A DNA stretch of 64,000 bases from a virus (lineage: Duplodnaviria; Heunggongvirae; Uroviricota; Caudoviricetes). Positions within the stretch are counted from its first letter, which is position 1; the number at the start of each line of letters is the position of its first letter. The notes below the pieces were generated by a model, which was given only the letters and a program-made list of their open reading frames with translations, was not told the origin of the DNA and ran no database searches. A program made the translations under genes and the position numbers. The stretch spans positions 96,001-160,000 of IMG/VR virus record IMGVR_UViG_3300038345_000251; one strand, 5' to 3'. Below are positions 63,085-64,000 of the stretch, piece after piece.

Positions 63085-64000
63085 AGAAAAACATCCTGAA
63101 TTAAACGTAACACCATTTTATACATTAATAGTTGATGGTAATAATCTACTTAGAATGTGTTTTAGGGATGATAAAGTAAATAGTGAAGGTGTACACTATG
63201 GTGGAGTTTTTCAGTTCTTACTTCAACTTAAAATAATGTTGATGAAAAAAAGTTATGACTATATATACGTAACATTTGATGATAGTAATTCAGGTATGTT
63301 ACGATATAAATTATATAACGATTATAAAGCAAATAGAGATAAAACATATAGTGATTATACAGGTGATGAATTAAGTGATTATCAAAAACAATTTGATGAA
63401 AAACTAAAAAAAATGCAGAATTATTATTTTAAAGGCAGGAAAGATAGAAAAAATGATATAAAAGTTGATGAACGTGATTATATTGACAAATATAAAACAA
63501 AAGAAATCACAGAACAAGAGGTAATATCAATATTTGGTGAAGAACGTGGTAAAAAACTCATTAAAACTGCCGAAAAAGAGGTTATAGACGAAAATTTTCA
63601 GAGAGAAAGAGAAATTCTAATGAAATATTTCAACGAACTTTATATTAGATGGATTTTTCATGATACGGTAGAAGGTGATGATTTTATAGCATATTATGTT
63701 TTGCATAAGAAACCTGAAGAACGTATTGTTATTATGTCTTCTGACCAAGATTTAACACAATTAATTAGTGATACTGTGTGTGTTTATGACCATAGTATTG
63801 ACAAATATATATCGAAAGATAATATAGTTAGGTTAAAAGGTTTACCTGTTGAAAATGTTTTGATAAAAAAAGTGTTTTGTGGTGATTCAAGTGATAATAT
63901 TAAGAATATTAATGGCGTTAGTGAAGCAAGATTGTTTGAATTAATGCCTGAAATAAAAAGTAGGCCTGTTACCATTGAAGAAATTAAAGAAAGAGCACAA
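63056..64000 (+). CDS. 5'-3' exonuclease / T4 RNase H-like protein; runs off the window end
   Basis: TLIVDGNNL, YKANR, EGDDFIA, SSDQDLTQL, GDSSDNI. Confidence 0.9.
   Translation, partial: MGQPVRKAIKEKHPELNVTPFYTLIVDGNNLLRMCFRDDKVNSEGVHYGGVFQFLLQLKIMLMKKSYDYIYVTFDDSNSGMLRYKLYNDYKANRDKTYSDYTGDELSDYQKQFDEKLKKMQNYYFKGRKDRKNDIKVDERDYIDKYKTKEITEQEVISIFGEERGKKLIKTAEKEVIDENFQREREILMKYFNELYIRWIFHDTVEGDDFIAYYVLHKKPEERIVIMSSDQDLTQLISDTVCVYDHSIDKYISKDNIVRLKGLPVENVLIKKVFCGDSSDNIKNINGVSEARLFELMPEIKSRPVTIEEIKERAQ

Noticed and set aside
1-64000. Stop-codon reassignment (TAG to Gln, as in Lak phages)
   Set aside because: Conserved genes are full length in code 11 and coding density is high. TAG is rare as a stop, but no gene needs read-through.
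1-64000. tRNA or rRNA genes
   Set aside because: Intergenic gaps are short and none shows a cloverleaf or T-loop pattern by eye; tRNAscan-SE would confirm.

Overview
AT-rich (~28% GC by eye), gene-dense segment of a large T4-like (jumbo-type) myovirus read with genetic code 11. Repeated TTTG-N19/20-TAnnTTTG promoters and a captured Mfd-like domain point to a Bacteroidota host. The left half (mostly minus strand) encodes a gp55-like sigma factor, glycosyltransferases, nucleotide-metabolism enzymes, a family B DNA polymerase and a SNF2 helicase. The right half (mostly plus strand) encodes neck, sheath, tube, tape measure and baseplate proteins, then gp32, thymidine kinase, UvsX and a 5'-3' exonuclease. 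Main observations: (1) the polymerase is a fractured gene, predicted to be rejoined by a naturally split Ser1/Thr+1 intein whose halves flank a free-standing endonuclease; (2) dUTPase is interrupted by a group I intron carrying an HNH ORF; (3) several late-promoter cassettes encode unrelated domains (kinase-like, AEP-like, coiled-coil, acidic) behind a shared N-terminal leader, a candidate modular capsid-loading system; (4) an isolated Mfd/UvrB UvrA-binding domain is fused to a phage protein; (5) two endonucleases carry a Mom-like GNAT domain; (6) divergent paralogs of the tail tube and prohead protease are present. All protein calls come from motif recognition by eye, not database searches.
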